Origin: an uncultured bacterium | GTDB lineage: Bacteria; Patescibacteriota; Minisyncoccia; Phycocordibacterales; UBA6065 | Direction of reading: 5' to 3' | Length of the DNA stretch: 38,471 bases | Assembly (NCBI GenBank): GCA_963841935.1 | Contig: CAWJEP010000005.1 | Span: forward strand, 230,003 to 268,473 | In this document: positions 8,969 through 15,825 of the stretch, piece after piece | Layout of the letters: each line of letters begins with the position of its first letter | How positions within the stretch are numbered: position 1 is the first letter of the stretch | Position numbers and translations under genes: made by a program | The notes under the pieces: model-generated | What the model saw: the letters and a program-made list of their open reading frames with translations, nothing else | Databases searched by the model: none | What the model was told of the DNA's origin: nothing

Positions 8969-9064
8969 CTACTTTACCTTGTTTTTGGATTCTTTGTAGA
9001 CAAAATAAAGGATTGCCGCCACGAGGACAATGATTATTATTTCTGGAATTCCTATGCCAAACAT
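8969..9064 (-). CDS. 31-aa TatA-like TM-only minigene (copy 1)
   Basis: Below the ORF-track cutoff. Hand translation: MFGIGIPEIIIIVLVAAILYFVYKESKNKVK*. The N-terminus is homologous to TatA (MFGLGLPEI...), but the hinge and amphipathic helix are missing. The upstream leader resembles that of tatA. Confidence 0.5.
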   Translation of the reverse strand: MFGIGIPEIIIIVLVAAILYFVYKESKNKVK

Positions 9065-9114
9065 ATTATTGTTACGTTTAATTTTCTAATAATCCGACTC
9101 CTTCAATCAGTTTC

Positions 9115-9210
9115 CTATTTCATCTTATTTCTGGATTTTCTGTAAATAAAATACAGAATTGCCGCCACGAGAACAATGATTATTATTTCTGGAATTTCTA
9201 AGCCAAACAT
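9115..9210 (-). CDS. 31-aa TatA-like TM-only minigene (copy 2)
   Basis: Hand translation: MFGLEIPEIIIIVLVAAILYFIYRKSRNKMK*. It sits 146 bp from copy 1. Both the coding sequence and the upstream leader (...ggtcggattattagaaaattaaac...) are repeated. Confidence 0.5.
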   Translation of the reverse strand: MFGLEIPEIIIIVLVAAILYFIYRKSRNKMK

Positions 9211-9256
9211 ATTATCGTTGTGTTTAATTTTCTAATAATCCGACCTTTCCATGTGA

Positions 9257-10072
9257 TCACGCGCCCGCGCTAAACTTTTTAGCAAAAAAACATCCTGCAA
9301 AATAAATCCCTATGAGAGGAATGAACAACGCAATCATAGCGATCACATCCGGAGTTATTATAGCAGACAAGATCAAAAAGAACATGACCGCAAATCGCCA
9401 CTTTTTTATCCAAAAATCAGCTTTTATGATCCCCAGAAAACTCAGTAAAATCACGAACAAAGGCAATAAAAACATCAGTCCGACACCGATCATCAAACCA
9501 AAAACATACTGGATAAATTTATCCATTGCAAAAAACGGAACTACGCCCATGCTCGTGGCGAACGGATAAAGGATTTTAAAGGTTTCTGGAATCAGAAGAA
9601 AATAAGAAAACGCGCAACCGGAAAAAAACAAAAGAATAAAAAGCGGTAAAGACCATAGAACCACCTTCTTTTCACGAGGAAGGAGCGCGGGGTTAAGATA
9701 TGTAATAATTTTATAAATAAGCAACGGGGTAGTTAGTAAAAACCCAAGTAAAAGTGACAAAGATATTTGCGACGAGAAAGCGCTCGTTGGGCTGGTAACG
9801 ATTAATTGAACATTCGGCGGAAGAAGATTTTCCCTGATTCTGTTAAAAACTTGAACCGAAAAAGAATTTTCGGAGAGTAGCGGCAAATATAAGCTTCTTC
9901 CGAAAAGCAGAGAAAAAGAGTTTTCAGACGGAAGCGGTAAATACAGACTTCTTCCGAAAATCATCACATCTTTCGAACCAAAAATAAAAAAGAATAGAGA
10001 GAAACCGACAAAAAAATAAATCCAATAAAGAATATTACTTACAAATATTTTGAATTCCGCAAGAAAATTCAT
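9257..10072 (-). CDS. tatC: Twin-arginine translocase subunit TatC
   Basis: 271-aa polytopic ORF. TatC-like segments include LIVTSPTSAF..., YLNPALLPREKK, FSGCAFSYFLLIPETFKIL and ITPDVIAMIALFIPLIGIY. Confidence 0.85.
   Translation of the reverse strand: MNFLAEFKIFVSNILYWIYFFVGFSLFFFIFGSKDVMIFGRSLYLPLPSENSFSLLFGRSLYLPLLSENSFSVQVFNRIRENLLPPNVQLIVTSPTSAFSSQISLSLLLGFLLTTPLLIYKIITYLNPALLPREKKVVLWSLPLFILLFFSGCAFSYFLLIPETFKILYPFATSMGVVPFFAMDKFIQYVFGLMIGVGLMFLLPLFVILLSFLGIIKADFWIKKWRFAVMFFLILSAIITPDVIAMIALFIPLIGIYFAGCFFAKKFSAGA
9853..9960. repeat. 54-bp tandem duplication inside tatC (18-aa repeat)
   Basis: Protein reads FGRSLYLPLPSENSFSLL / FGRSLYLPLLSENSFSVQ. The DNA units aaaagaattttcggagagtagcggcaaatataagcttcttccgaaaa and aaaagagttttcagacggaagcggtaaatacagacttcttccgaaaa are offset by 54 nt. 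Confidence 0.8.
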
Positions 10073-10084
10073 TGAGACATTTTA

Positions 10085-11101
10085 TTATTGTCCCTCATCA
10101 AACTCAAATATCGGATCACCCGTGGTGTCATACATAACTGTCGTCGACGCGTCGACTTGTTCAAGTTTGAATTTATTATCAAAAATAACCGAGTTTTCCA
10201 CTATTATATTTCCCTCGCCCGGCGGGGTGTCCACGCCGCAGCTGCCGCCAGAACACACCCACAGGTTTTCATTTTGCATCCTAAAGTTTCCGCCAGGTGA
10301 AGAAAGTTGAACATCGCCGGTGGGGTCAACGTAAAATTCGGCGGGAGGAGAACTTGGTTGGCTTAGATTTAATTGAGCGTTAACACCGGACACGTTTAGC
10401 GTCGACGAAGCAAAGACATTGCCCGCTGAATCTACGGAAAATAGATTATTACCGGCTGAATCTTGTATTTGAAAAATATTCGCTATTTGGCCAAAGAAGG
10501 CCTGCAATGAAAGCGCCGGAGTGGTTGGCGATGTTGCTTGAACGGAAACAACAGCTGTGCCGAGTGGTGTTGTTGTGCCAAATGTAGATTGTCCTGTTCC
10601 CCTGACGGCGCCTGATACTTGCGCGAAAGCGGAAGAGGTAACGGACTGACGCGGCGATAGTGTTTCAAAGCTACTTCCATTCAATGACACCTCTACCTGA
10701 AGATAAATCGTCGAGGAACTGAAATTATAGTTGAGTGCGTCCGGGTAACCGTTGGCTGTGTCACCGATGTTTACATTGAAAACACCCTGCTTGACCGTCA
10801 CGGCAGTCGCGCTTGGAGCATATGATGGCCAAAGTCGTGTGCCCGAACCGACTACCGAGCTGTCCCACAGAGAAAATTTGAAATAATACGTCGTGCCCGA
10901 ACCGCCCAAAAGATTTCCTGATACATCGGTCAACCGCCCTTGATAGCTTAGTATCGTCGGCACCCCAGCCGCGTTCGCGATAAGGGGTGAGACAAAGATT
11001 AAGAAACCTAAAAGTATCACGGAGAAAAAACAGAGAATCTTTTCTCCATATAAATGTTTATATACAGGAGAGATGTGTGCCATTATGTTTTGTGTATACA
11101 A
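10085..11101 (-). CDS. Secreted/surface protein with N-terminal signal or anchor, Gly/Ser/Thr-rich beta-rich domains
   Basis: 338-aa ORF. A hydrophobic segment ILCFFSVILLGFLIFVSPLIANA is followed by AGVPTILSYQGRLTDVSGNLL...YYFKFSLWD...VKQGVFNVNIGD, a pattern common in uncultured-bacteria surface / fibre-like proteins. The start codon is uncertain (M1 or M7). Confidence 0.65.
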   Translation of the reverse strand: MYTQNIMAHISPVYKHLYGEKILCFFSVILLGFLIFVSPLIANAAGVPTILSYQGRLTDVSGNLLGGSGTTYYFKFSLWDSSVVGSGTRLWPSYAPSATAVTVKQGVFNVNIGDTANGYPDALNYNFSSSTIYLQVEVSLNGSSFETLSPRQSVTSSAFAQVSGAVRGTGQSTFGTTTPLGTAVVSVQATSPTTPALSLQAFFGQIANIFQIQDSAGNNLFSVDSAGNVFASSTLNVSGVNAQLNLSQPSSPPAEFYVDPTGDVQLSSPGGNFRMQNENLWVCSGGSCGVDTPPGEGNIIVENSVIFDNKFKLEQVDASTTVMYDTTGDPIFEFDEGQ

Positions 11102-11186
11102 GACCGCGTTTCTCTACAGGAATCATCGACTATTCTAGCATACGCACGACTAAAAGTGGGAACGACCGTAAATTGAGGGGGAAACT

Positions 11187-12188
11187 CTAGATTTTAAACT
11201 CAACAACGTCGCCGTCCTTGACGACATACTCTTTTCCTTCCGTTTTAACTAGGCCTTTTTCACGAGCGGCGGCATAAGAACCGGCTTTTAAAAGCTTGTC
11301 CCACTCGACGACTTCGGCTTTGACAAATTTGTCCTTGAAATCTCCGTGAATGGCCGTGCCCGCCATGGGCGCGGTCCAGCCGCTTGGAATTGTCCAGCCA
11401 CGAGTTTCGTCTTCGCCGGTAGTGAAAAAAGTAATGAGTCCTAAAAGTTTGTAGGCGGCGGCGATAAGTCCGTCCATCCCCGTTCCGAATATCGGGTCAA
11501 CAACCACGAACTCTCCGGGAACCTTGCCTTTTACTTCTTCCAGAGCGTTTTTCGTCGCCGCCGAAGAATTCAAAACATAAAGGATTTTTTTCGCCGTAAT
11601 GAGATGAAGACTTTTCAAAATATTTTTTTCTTCTTCGTGAAGCGAGAGCGCCGAAACGAGTTTGCCTTCTTCCAAAGTTTTTTTGACTTTTTCGAGGAGC
11701 GCCGACTCGGCTATGGCTTCTTTTTTTCCGCCTTTAACTTCTTTCAAAATATTTCCCGCGCGTTTCGTCACGGTCTCGAGGTCGGCGAGGACGAGTTCCA
11801 AGTTTATGACATCGATGTCTTTGAGCGGATTTACTCTGTTGTCCACGTGAATGATGCTGTCATCTTCGAAAATACGCACGACTTCCGCTATAGCGTCCGT
11901 CTCGCGAATATTGCTTAAAAATTTATTGCCGAGGCCTTCGCCCACCGATGCGCCTTTGACAAGTCCGGCAATGTCAACAAACTCGACCGCCGCAGGCACG
12001 GTCTTTGCCGATTTTGAAAACTCCGAAAGTTTCCAAAGCCGCTCGTCCGGCACGGCGACGACGCCGACCGACGGATCAATCGTGGCGAAAGGATAATTCG
12101 CCACCAGGACACTTTTCTTCGTAAGCGCGTTGAATAGCGTGGACTTCCCCACGTTCGGCAATCCGACGATTCCGATTGATAAAGACAT
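11187..12188 (-). CDS. ychF: Ribosome-binding ATPase YchF (Obg-like GTPase family)
   Basis: Motifs: G1 GIVGLPNVGKSTLFNALT, ANYPFATIDP, FVDIAGLVKGAS.GEGLGNKFL, and the C-terminal TGS-like end ...KTEGKEYVVKDGDVVEFKI. I place the start at MSLSIG (ATG 12188) rather than at the ORF-track start 12242. Confidence 0.9.
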   Translation of the reverse strand: MSLSIGIVGLPNVGKSTLFNALTKKSVLVANYPFATIDPSVGVVAVPDERLWKLSEFSKSAKTVPAAVEFVDIAGLVKGASVGEGLGNKFLSNIRETDAIAEVVRIFEDDSIIHVDNRVNPLKDIDVINLELVLADLETVTKRAGNILKEVKGGKKEAIAESALLEKVKKTLEEGKLVSALSLHEEEKNILKSLHLITAKKILYVLNSSAATKNALEEVKGKVPGEFVVVDPIFGTGMDGLIAAAYKLLGLITFFTTGEDETRGWTIPSGWTAPMAGTAIHGDFKDKFVKAEVVEWDKLLKAGSYAAAREKGLVKTEGKEYVVKDGDVVEFKI

Positions 12189-12242
12189 AGAGTTACAACT
12201 TACCGCAAAGCGCCGACTATGACAAATAAAAAAGTCCGCCAC

Positions 12243-12509
12243 CTATGCGGTTTTGGACTTGCGCGTGAAATATTTCCCGACGAAAGCGAATCCTTTGAGT
12301 ATTTCACAAGCGAAACTGCCGATTAGAGCGCTCACGGAAACGAGCAACGCGCCGCGAGGATCTGCGATTATATTCTGCCAGGACGTTTGGAGCAAGCGAA
12401 ACGTCACGACAAGAACAATAATCACGAACCCGATTATAGAAAAAATGTCGCGGATTTCGGCGAGTCGGGATTGACCGCGCTCTTGGGAAGTCGGTTTGTT
12501 TGCATTCAT
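12243..12509 (-). CDS. Small membrane protein, hypothetical
   Basis: 88-aa ORF with two hydrophobic segments (IFSIIGFVIIVLVVTF, LLVSVSALIGSFACEIL). It abuts the extended ychF ORF (stop 12243, 54 nt upstream of the ATG at 12188 that I prefer). No family recognised. Confidence 0.45.
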   Translation of the reverse strand: MNANKPTSQERGQSRLAEIRDIFSIIGFVIIVLVVTFRLLQTSWQNIIADPRGALLVSVSALIGSFACEILKGFAFVGKYFTRKSKTA

Positions 12510-12543
12510 AGTTTAAACAACAGGTCTTGCCGTCACTCTAAAC

Positions 12544-13122
12544 CTATTTCCCTTTCCTGCCAAGCCGTTCGACTTTTGCAAGCAGACGTTTTATTTTTTC
12601 CGGAGACGGCTTGTTCATTCCGTGAAACCAAGTTTTGTGAACGGGCGCGAAGCCGGAGAATCGGAGGACTCCGCGGACCCAATTATTTATATTGCCTCCG
12701 AAAAGAAACCAAAGAATAAAAGGGCTCTGGTCGCTCGTAACGATGACGCGCGCGCTTCTGCCTTTTAGACGACGATACCAGCCGGGAATAATTCCCTTTC
12801 TCATATTGAAAGCAAAACCTGGCATCCAAACGCGATCAACTAGACCTTTCATAAGAGCCGGCATATCCGACCACCAGATAGGATAAATCGAAACGAAATG
12901 TTCGCACCATTTGACGTCTTCCTGAAATTTTGAAATATCCGGCTCGTAAGCTTGGACAACTTTGTAGCCTTTGTGGAGAATCGGGTCGAATTTCATGTCG
13001 GCAATCCGCGTCAGGCGCACGTCATGTCCCGCCGCTTTGGCGCCTTTGGCGTAAGCGTCGGCCAAAGCGGCGGAGAAAGAATCGTTGTCAGGATTTCCCA
13101 CGAAGATAAATATTTTTTTCAT
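12544..13122 (-). CDS. Flavodoxin-like fold NAD(P)H dehydrogenase (quinone) family protein
   Basis: MKKIFIFVGNPDNDSFSAALADAYAKGAKAAGHDVRLTRIADMKFDPIL...VSIYPIWWSDMPALMKGLVDRVW fits the Flavodoxin_2 / MdaB-KefF-like family. I place the start at ATG 13122, which avoids overlap with zwf. Confidence 0.8.
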   Translation of the reverse strand: MKKIFIFVGNPDNDSFSAALADAYAKGAKAAGHDVRLTRIADMKFDPILHKGYKVVQAYEPDISKFQEDVKWCEHFVSIYPIWWSDMPALMKGLVDRVWMPGFAFNMRKGIIPGWYRRLKGRSARVIVTSDQSPFILWFLFGGNINNWVRGVLRFSGFAPVHKTWFHGMNKPSPEKIKRLLAKVERLGRKGK

Positions 13123-13127
13123 TTGAT

Positions 13128-14318
13128 TTAGTATATTTCGAGTTTGGCTTTTTTCAAACGCGGCAAAACGGTGTCCACAAATTTCCAAGCGGCGAATATT
13201 TCTTTGCCACCGACGAAAAGCTCCCGCCTGTCTTCCGCAGCCGCTTCGAGGATGCGCCCGTAAGCTTCTCCTTCAACCGGAATATCGAGCGTTTCCCCGT
13301 TTTTGAATTCGATTTCAATCGAAGCTTCGCGTTTTGCCAGTTTTTTTCCCGACTGAAGAGTTACCGGAACGCCTTTCAGCTTGCCCTTGTTGAAATACGA
13401 TTCGATTGAGAAGAAAGTTTCAGTCTTGGAATCTTTCGCCACATTTTTCTCGTCCGTATAACCCCTGTATTGGCCGCGATAAATTTTTATTTTTTTCGTC
13501 TCGAGAGATTCCACGACATTGGCGCGGGCGCTGTGCCACGCCGTAGCGGACAAAGTCCGCGGAGGCGTGAGAGCCACGGCCGAGAGCATTTGCAAAATAT
13601 GATTTTGTCCGACGTCCCGGAAAGCACCCACACCATCGTAAGACGTGCCTCGGTCTTTCACGCCGAAATCTTCGGAAATCCACACGCTTATCGATTCTAC
13701 GGTTTTGTTCGAAACGATATCCGAAAAGGTTCTCGATTTCTCGTGGATTTCGGTAAGCGCGCGAAGCGCGCTTTTGCCGAGATAGTGGTCCACGCGATAG
13801 ATTTGCTTGTGTTCGAGAAAAGAAGTGGCGAGAGCGTTTAGCTTTTTCGCCGATTTCAAATCGAGACCGAAAGGCTTTTCGATGAGAATCTTGGGGTCGC
13901 CGACTTCGAGAAGGCGATTTTTTTTCATACAGCGAAGCGCCGTCTCGTAGAGAGTCGGCGCCACAGATACATAAAAAATAAACTTGGCATTGCCGAAAGT
14001 TTTAAGGAATTTTTTCAGTTCCGGCGAGCCGAGACACGAATCGAAGAAAACCGTCTTATAAAAAACTCGCGAGAGAAATTCTTTGCCGTATTTTTCTCGG
14101 CCGAGGAAGTCCCTGAAGTCATCGTCCGACCAAGGACGACGGGAAACGGCGACGACGGAAAAATTCTGATTCTGGAGCGCGTAGTCGGAGCGAAGCGCAC
14201 AAGCGACAGAATCAGAGTTTTTCCGGTGGAGCTCGGCCAGTGCCGGAAATATTTTCCCCGTGGACAAATCTCCCGTCGCACCCAAGATAACGAAAACGAT
14301 TTTTTTATTCTTTCGCAC
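13128..14318 (-). CDS. zwf: Glucose-6-phosphate 1-dehydrogenase (short form)
   Basis: NADP-binding motif ILGATGDLSTGKIFPAL, active-site motif IYRVDHYLGKS, and FRDVGQNHILQML. At 396 aa it is shorter than typical Zwf proteins. Confidence 0.85.
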   Translation of the reverse strand: MRKNKKIVFVILGATGDLSTGKIFPALAELHRKNSDSVACALRSDYALQNQNFSVVAVSRRPWSDDDFRDFLGREKYGKEFLSRVFYKTVFFDSCLGSPELKKFLKTFGNAKFIFYVSVAPTLYETALRCMKKNRLLEVGDPKILIEKPFGLDLKSAKKLNALATSFLEHKQIYRVDHYLGKSALRALTEIHEKSRTFSDIVSNKTVESISVWISEDFGVKDRGTSYDGVGAFRDVGQNHILQMLSAVALTPPRTLSATAWHSARANVVESLETKKIKIYRGQYRGYTDEKNVAKDSKTETFFSIESYFNKGKLKGVPVTLQSGKKLAKREASIEIEFKNGETLDIPVEGEAYGRILEAAAEDRRELFVGGKEIFAAWKFVDTVLPRLKKAKLEIY

Positions 14319-14345
14319 CTCTGGAGTATATCAAATCGTATATCC

Positions 14346-14353
14346 TGTATAAT
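14346..14353 (+). promoter_or_regulatory. Candidate extended -10 promoter element (TGTATAAT)
   Basis: tgtataat lies about 29 nt upstream of ATG 14382, in the divergent zwf / membrane-protein intergenic region. Sequence match only. Confidence 0.3.
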
Positions 14354-14381
14354 AGAAAAATATCAGATTAATCAAAGACAT

Positions 14382-14720
14382 ATGACAAAAAAGTGGCTCT
14401 TGTGGACAGGCCTTGTTCTTTTTCTCGGAGGAATCGTATCTTTCATACCCAATCCCGTTTTCGGCGCGTCTTCCTTTTTCCAATTTACTATGTTATCCGC
14501 CGTAGTGAGCATACTTGTCGGCGGCTATTTCATCTACGCGGCCTACGACCACAACGAAAAACACAACAAGCTTTTCAAAGTTTGGAGTGTGATATTTCTC
14601 GTTCTCGCGATTGTCGGTTTTCTCTTTGGTTTTTCTCTCAATGCTCCCGACTCTTGGCTCTGTCTCATAGTCGGGGTCGCCTTCACTTGGCTTTCGGAAA
14701 AAACAAAAACTGTGATATAA
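14382..14720 (+). CDS. Small integral membrane protein, hypothetical
   Basis: An in-frame ATG at 14382 gives a 112-aa protein (MTKKWLLWTGLVLFLGGIVSF...) with about 4 hydrophobic helices. The longer track ORF (14226) would overlap zwf. Confidence 0.6.
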   Translation: MTKKWLLWTGLVLFLGGIVSFIPNPVFGASSFFQFTMLSAVVSILVGGYFIYAAYDHNEKHNKLFKVWSVIFLVLAIVGFLFGFSLNAPDSWLCLIVGVAFTWLSEKTKTVI

Positions 14721-14729
14721 ATTCACGCA

Positions 14730-14800
14730 CGGGGTGTAGTATAGTGGTAGTATACACGTTTCGGGTACGTGAGGCGGGAGTTCGATTCTCCCCTCCCCGA
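14730..14800 (+). tRNA. tRNA-Pro (anticodon CGG)
   Basis: Hand-folded cloverleaf. Acceptor CGGGGTG/CTCCCCG has one U:U mismatch at 6:67. Anticodon stem CACGT/ACGTG, loop TTCGGGT. T-arm GGGAG-TTCGATT-CTCCC. No encoded CCA. Confidence 0.8.
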
Positions 14801-14813
14801 CATGAGCAAACGA

Positions 14814-14887
14814 GGACGATTAGCTCAGCTGGTTAGAGCGCGCGATTCACATTCGCGAGGTCACTGGTTCGAACCCAGTATCGTCCA
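14814..14887 (+). tRNA. tRNA-Val (anticodon CAC)
   Basis: Acceptor GGACGAT/ATCGTCC. D-arm GCTC-AGCTGGTTA-GAGC. Anticodon stem CGCGA/TCGCG, loop TTCACAT. T-arm ACTGG-TTCGAAC-CCAGT. Confidence 0.9.
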
Positions 14888-14889
14888 CT

Positions 14890-14960
14890 GGGCCTATAGT
14901 CTAGTGGTACGACGCGTCATTCGCATTGACGAGGCACCGGTCCGATTCCGGTTAGGTCCA
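14890..14960 (+). tRNA. tRNA-Ala (anticodon CGC)
   Basis: Acceptor GGGCCTA/TAGGTCC with the G3:U70 alanine identity pair. Anticodon stem CGTCA/TGACG, loop TTCGCAT. T-arm ACCGG-TCCGATT-CCGGT, where the T-loop has C at the position normally occupied by U55. Confidence 0.75.
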
Positions 14961-14994
14961 CCGAATTATAAAATTAAATAATTCAAAAAATATT

Positions 14995-15486
14995 ATGGAA
15001 GACCATATCAAACAAAAAATTTTAGTTCTTGCCGTGTTGGTCGTCATTGTGTTTGTCGGTTTCTGGATATACGACTCTCAAGGGCCAAAACCCGCGCAGT
15101 CACAGACTGATTCCGAGCACGCTTGCGCCGTAAATTTCTTGAGCACATTCCTCAACAACGCGACCACCACGAACAAACAAGTGATAGCCAAAACGCTTTT
15201 GAGTCAACTGCTTTCCGCTTACGAACAAATACCAAACTGCCCAGCTCTCGACTTGAGCGATTATGCTATTACCTCCGTCAGTAACATAAAAAACGTTCAG
15301 GGAGATTTCACCGCGGACGCGGTATTCAACGTTCTGCCGATTTCGAAAAGCCAGACCGCTTGGACGACCGCGAGCACCACTTGGAACGGAAACTGGATAG
15401 ACGGAAGATATATGCACTTGGGAATTCACGCCACGGTCGGCGCCACTTCCACGTCGTATTGGCTCGTCGTGCCGGTAAATCTATAA
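14995..15486 (+). CDS. Hypothetical membrane-anchored/exported protein
   Basis: 163-aa ORF with an N-terminal TM segment (ILVLAVLVVIVFVGFWIY). It sits between the two converging tRNA groups. No family recognised. Confidence 0.55.
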   Translation: MEDHIKQKILVLAVLVVIVFVGFWIYDSQGPKPAQSQTDSEHACAVNFLSTFLNNATTTNKQVIAKTLLSQLLSAYEQIPNCPALDLSDYAITSVSNIKNVQGDFTADAVFNVLPISKSQTAWTTASTTWNGNWIDGRYMHLGIHATVGATSTSYWLVVPVNL

Positions 15487-15489
15487 TTG

Positions 15490-15560
15490 TGGACCTAAGG
15501 GGAATCGAACCCCTACCTCATCCATGCCATGGATGCGTAATACCATTTTACTATAGGCCC
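15490..15560 (-). tRNA. tRNA-Ala (anticodon GGC)
   Basis: The reverse complement folds: acceptor GGGCCTA/TAGGTCC (G3:U70), anticodon stem CATCC/GGATG, loop ATGGCAT, T-arm AGGGG-TTCGATT-CCCCT. Confidence 0.85.
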
Positions 15561-15611
15561 TTGAGAGAAAAATCTTACATTATTTTTCTCTTTTTGGAAA
15601 ATTAAAAACTT

Positions 15612-15682
15612 TCGGGCTGCCGGGAGTCGAACCCGGACCGCACCCACCCCATGGGCGTATACTACCGCTATACTACAGCCCG
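15612..15682 (-). tRNA. tRNA-Pro (anticodon GGG)
   Basis: The reverse complement folds: acceptor CGGGCTG/CAGCCCG, anticodon stem CGCCC/GGGTG, loop ATGGGGT (G37), T-arm CCGGG-TTCGACT-CCCGG. Confidence 0.85.
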
Positions 15683-15699
15683 TCGTGCATTTGAGCTTA

Positions 15700-15825
15700 A
15701 CATTTCTAAAACGGTTGGGAAATAATTTTCTGTTCCAGAGTCGGAATGTCGACGTAAGCGGAAAGTTTCGGTTCTCTCTCCGCCAAATATATGAGAAGCC
15801 GAATCGTGGATTTTTCCGTCGGATG
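15700..15825. repeat. 126-bp near-identical direct repeat, copy 1 (3' end of DltD-like paralog 1)
   Basis: acatttctaaaacggttgggaaataattttctgttccagagtcggaatgtcgacgtaagcggaaagtttcgg[t]tctctctccgccaaatatatgagaagccgaatcgtggatttttccgtcggatg. It differs from copy 2 at one position. Confidence 0.9.

Larger units (their letters stand above)
8969..9250. repeat. Tandem ~146-bp duplication carrying the tatA-like minigene plus its leader
   Basis: 8969..9101 and 9115..9248 align with few substitutions. Examples: attgccgccacgag[g/a]acaatgattattatttctggaatt and acatattat[t/c]gtt[a/g][c/t]gtttaattttctaataatccgac. Confidence 0.75.

Noticed and set aside
8899-9256. Possible CRISPR-like or regulatory repeat array between tatA and tatC
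   Set aside because: The period is about 146 bp with only two to three units. Each unit contains a start codon, a TatA-like TM coding segment and a stop. It is a gene duplication, not a repeat-spacer array.
12189-12242. N-terminal extensions suggested by the ORF track. Affected genes: ychF (12242), SDR (20323), DltD-like 1 (16938), DltD-like 2 (17962), NAD(P)H oxidoreductase (13188), uvrB (35659), acpS (22326), FkbH-like (21926), IBP protein (25671) and the membrane protein (14226).
   Set aside because: In each case an internal ATG coincides with the start of the conserved domain or signal/TM segment. It also removes an implausible overlap with the upstream gene or repeat. The extensions look like read-through of upstream sequence.
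12544-14318. Functional coupling of zwf with the adjacent NAD(P)H:quinone oxidoreductase-like gene as a novel redox module
   Set aside because: The two genes are only 5 nt apart and co-directional. However, both are common housekeeping-type enzymes, and adjacency alone is weak evidence. Nothing in the sequence goes beyond ordinary operon packing.
14393-14981. Plus-strand ORFs 14393..14836 and 14769..14981
   Set aside because: They read through three well-folding tRNA genes (Pro, Val, Ala) and an alternative frame of the membrane-protein gene. They are not coding.
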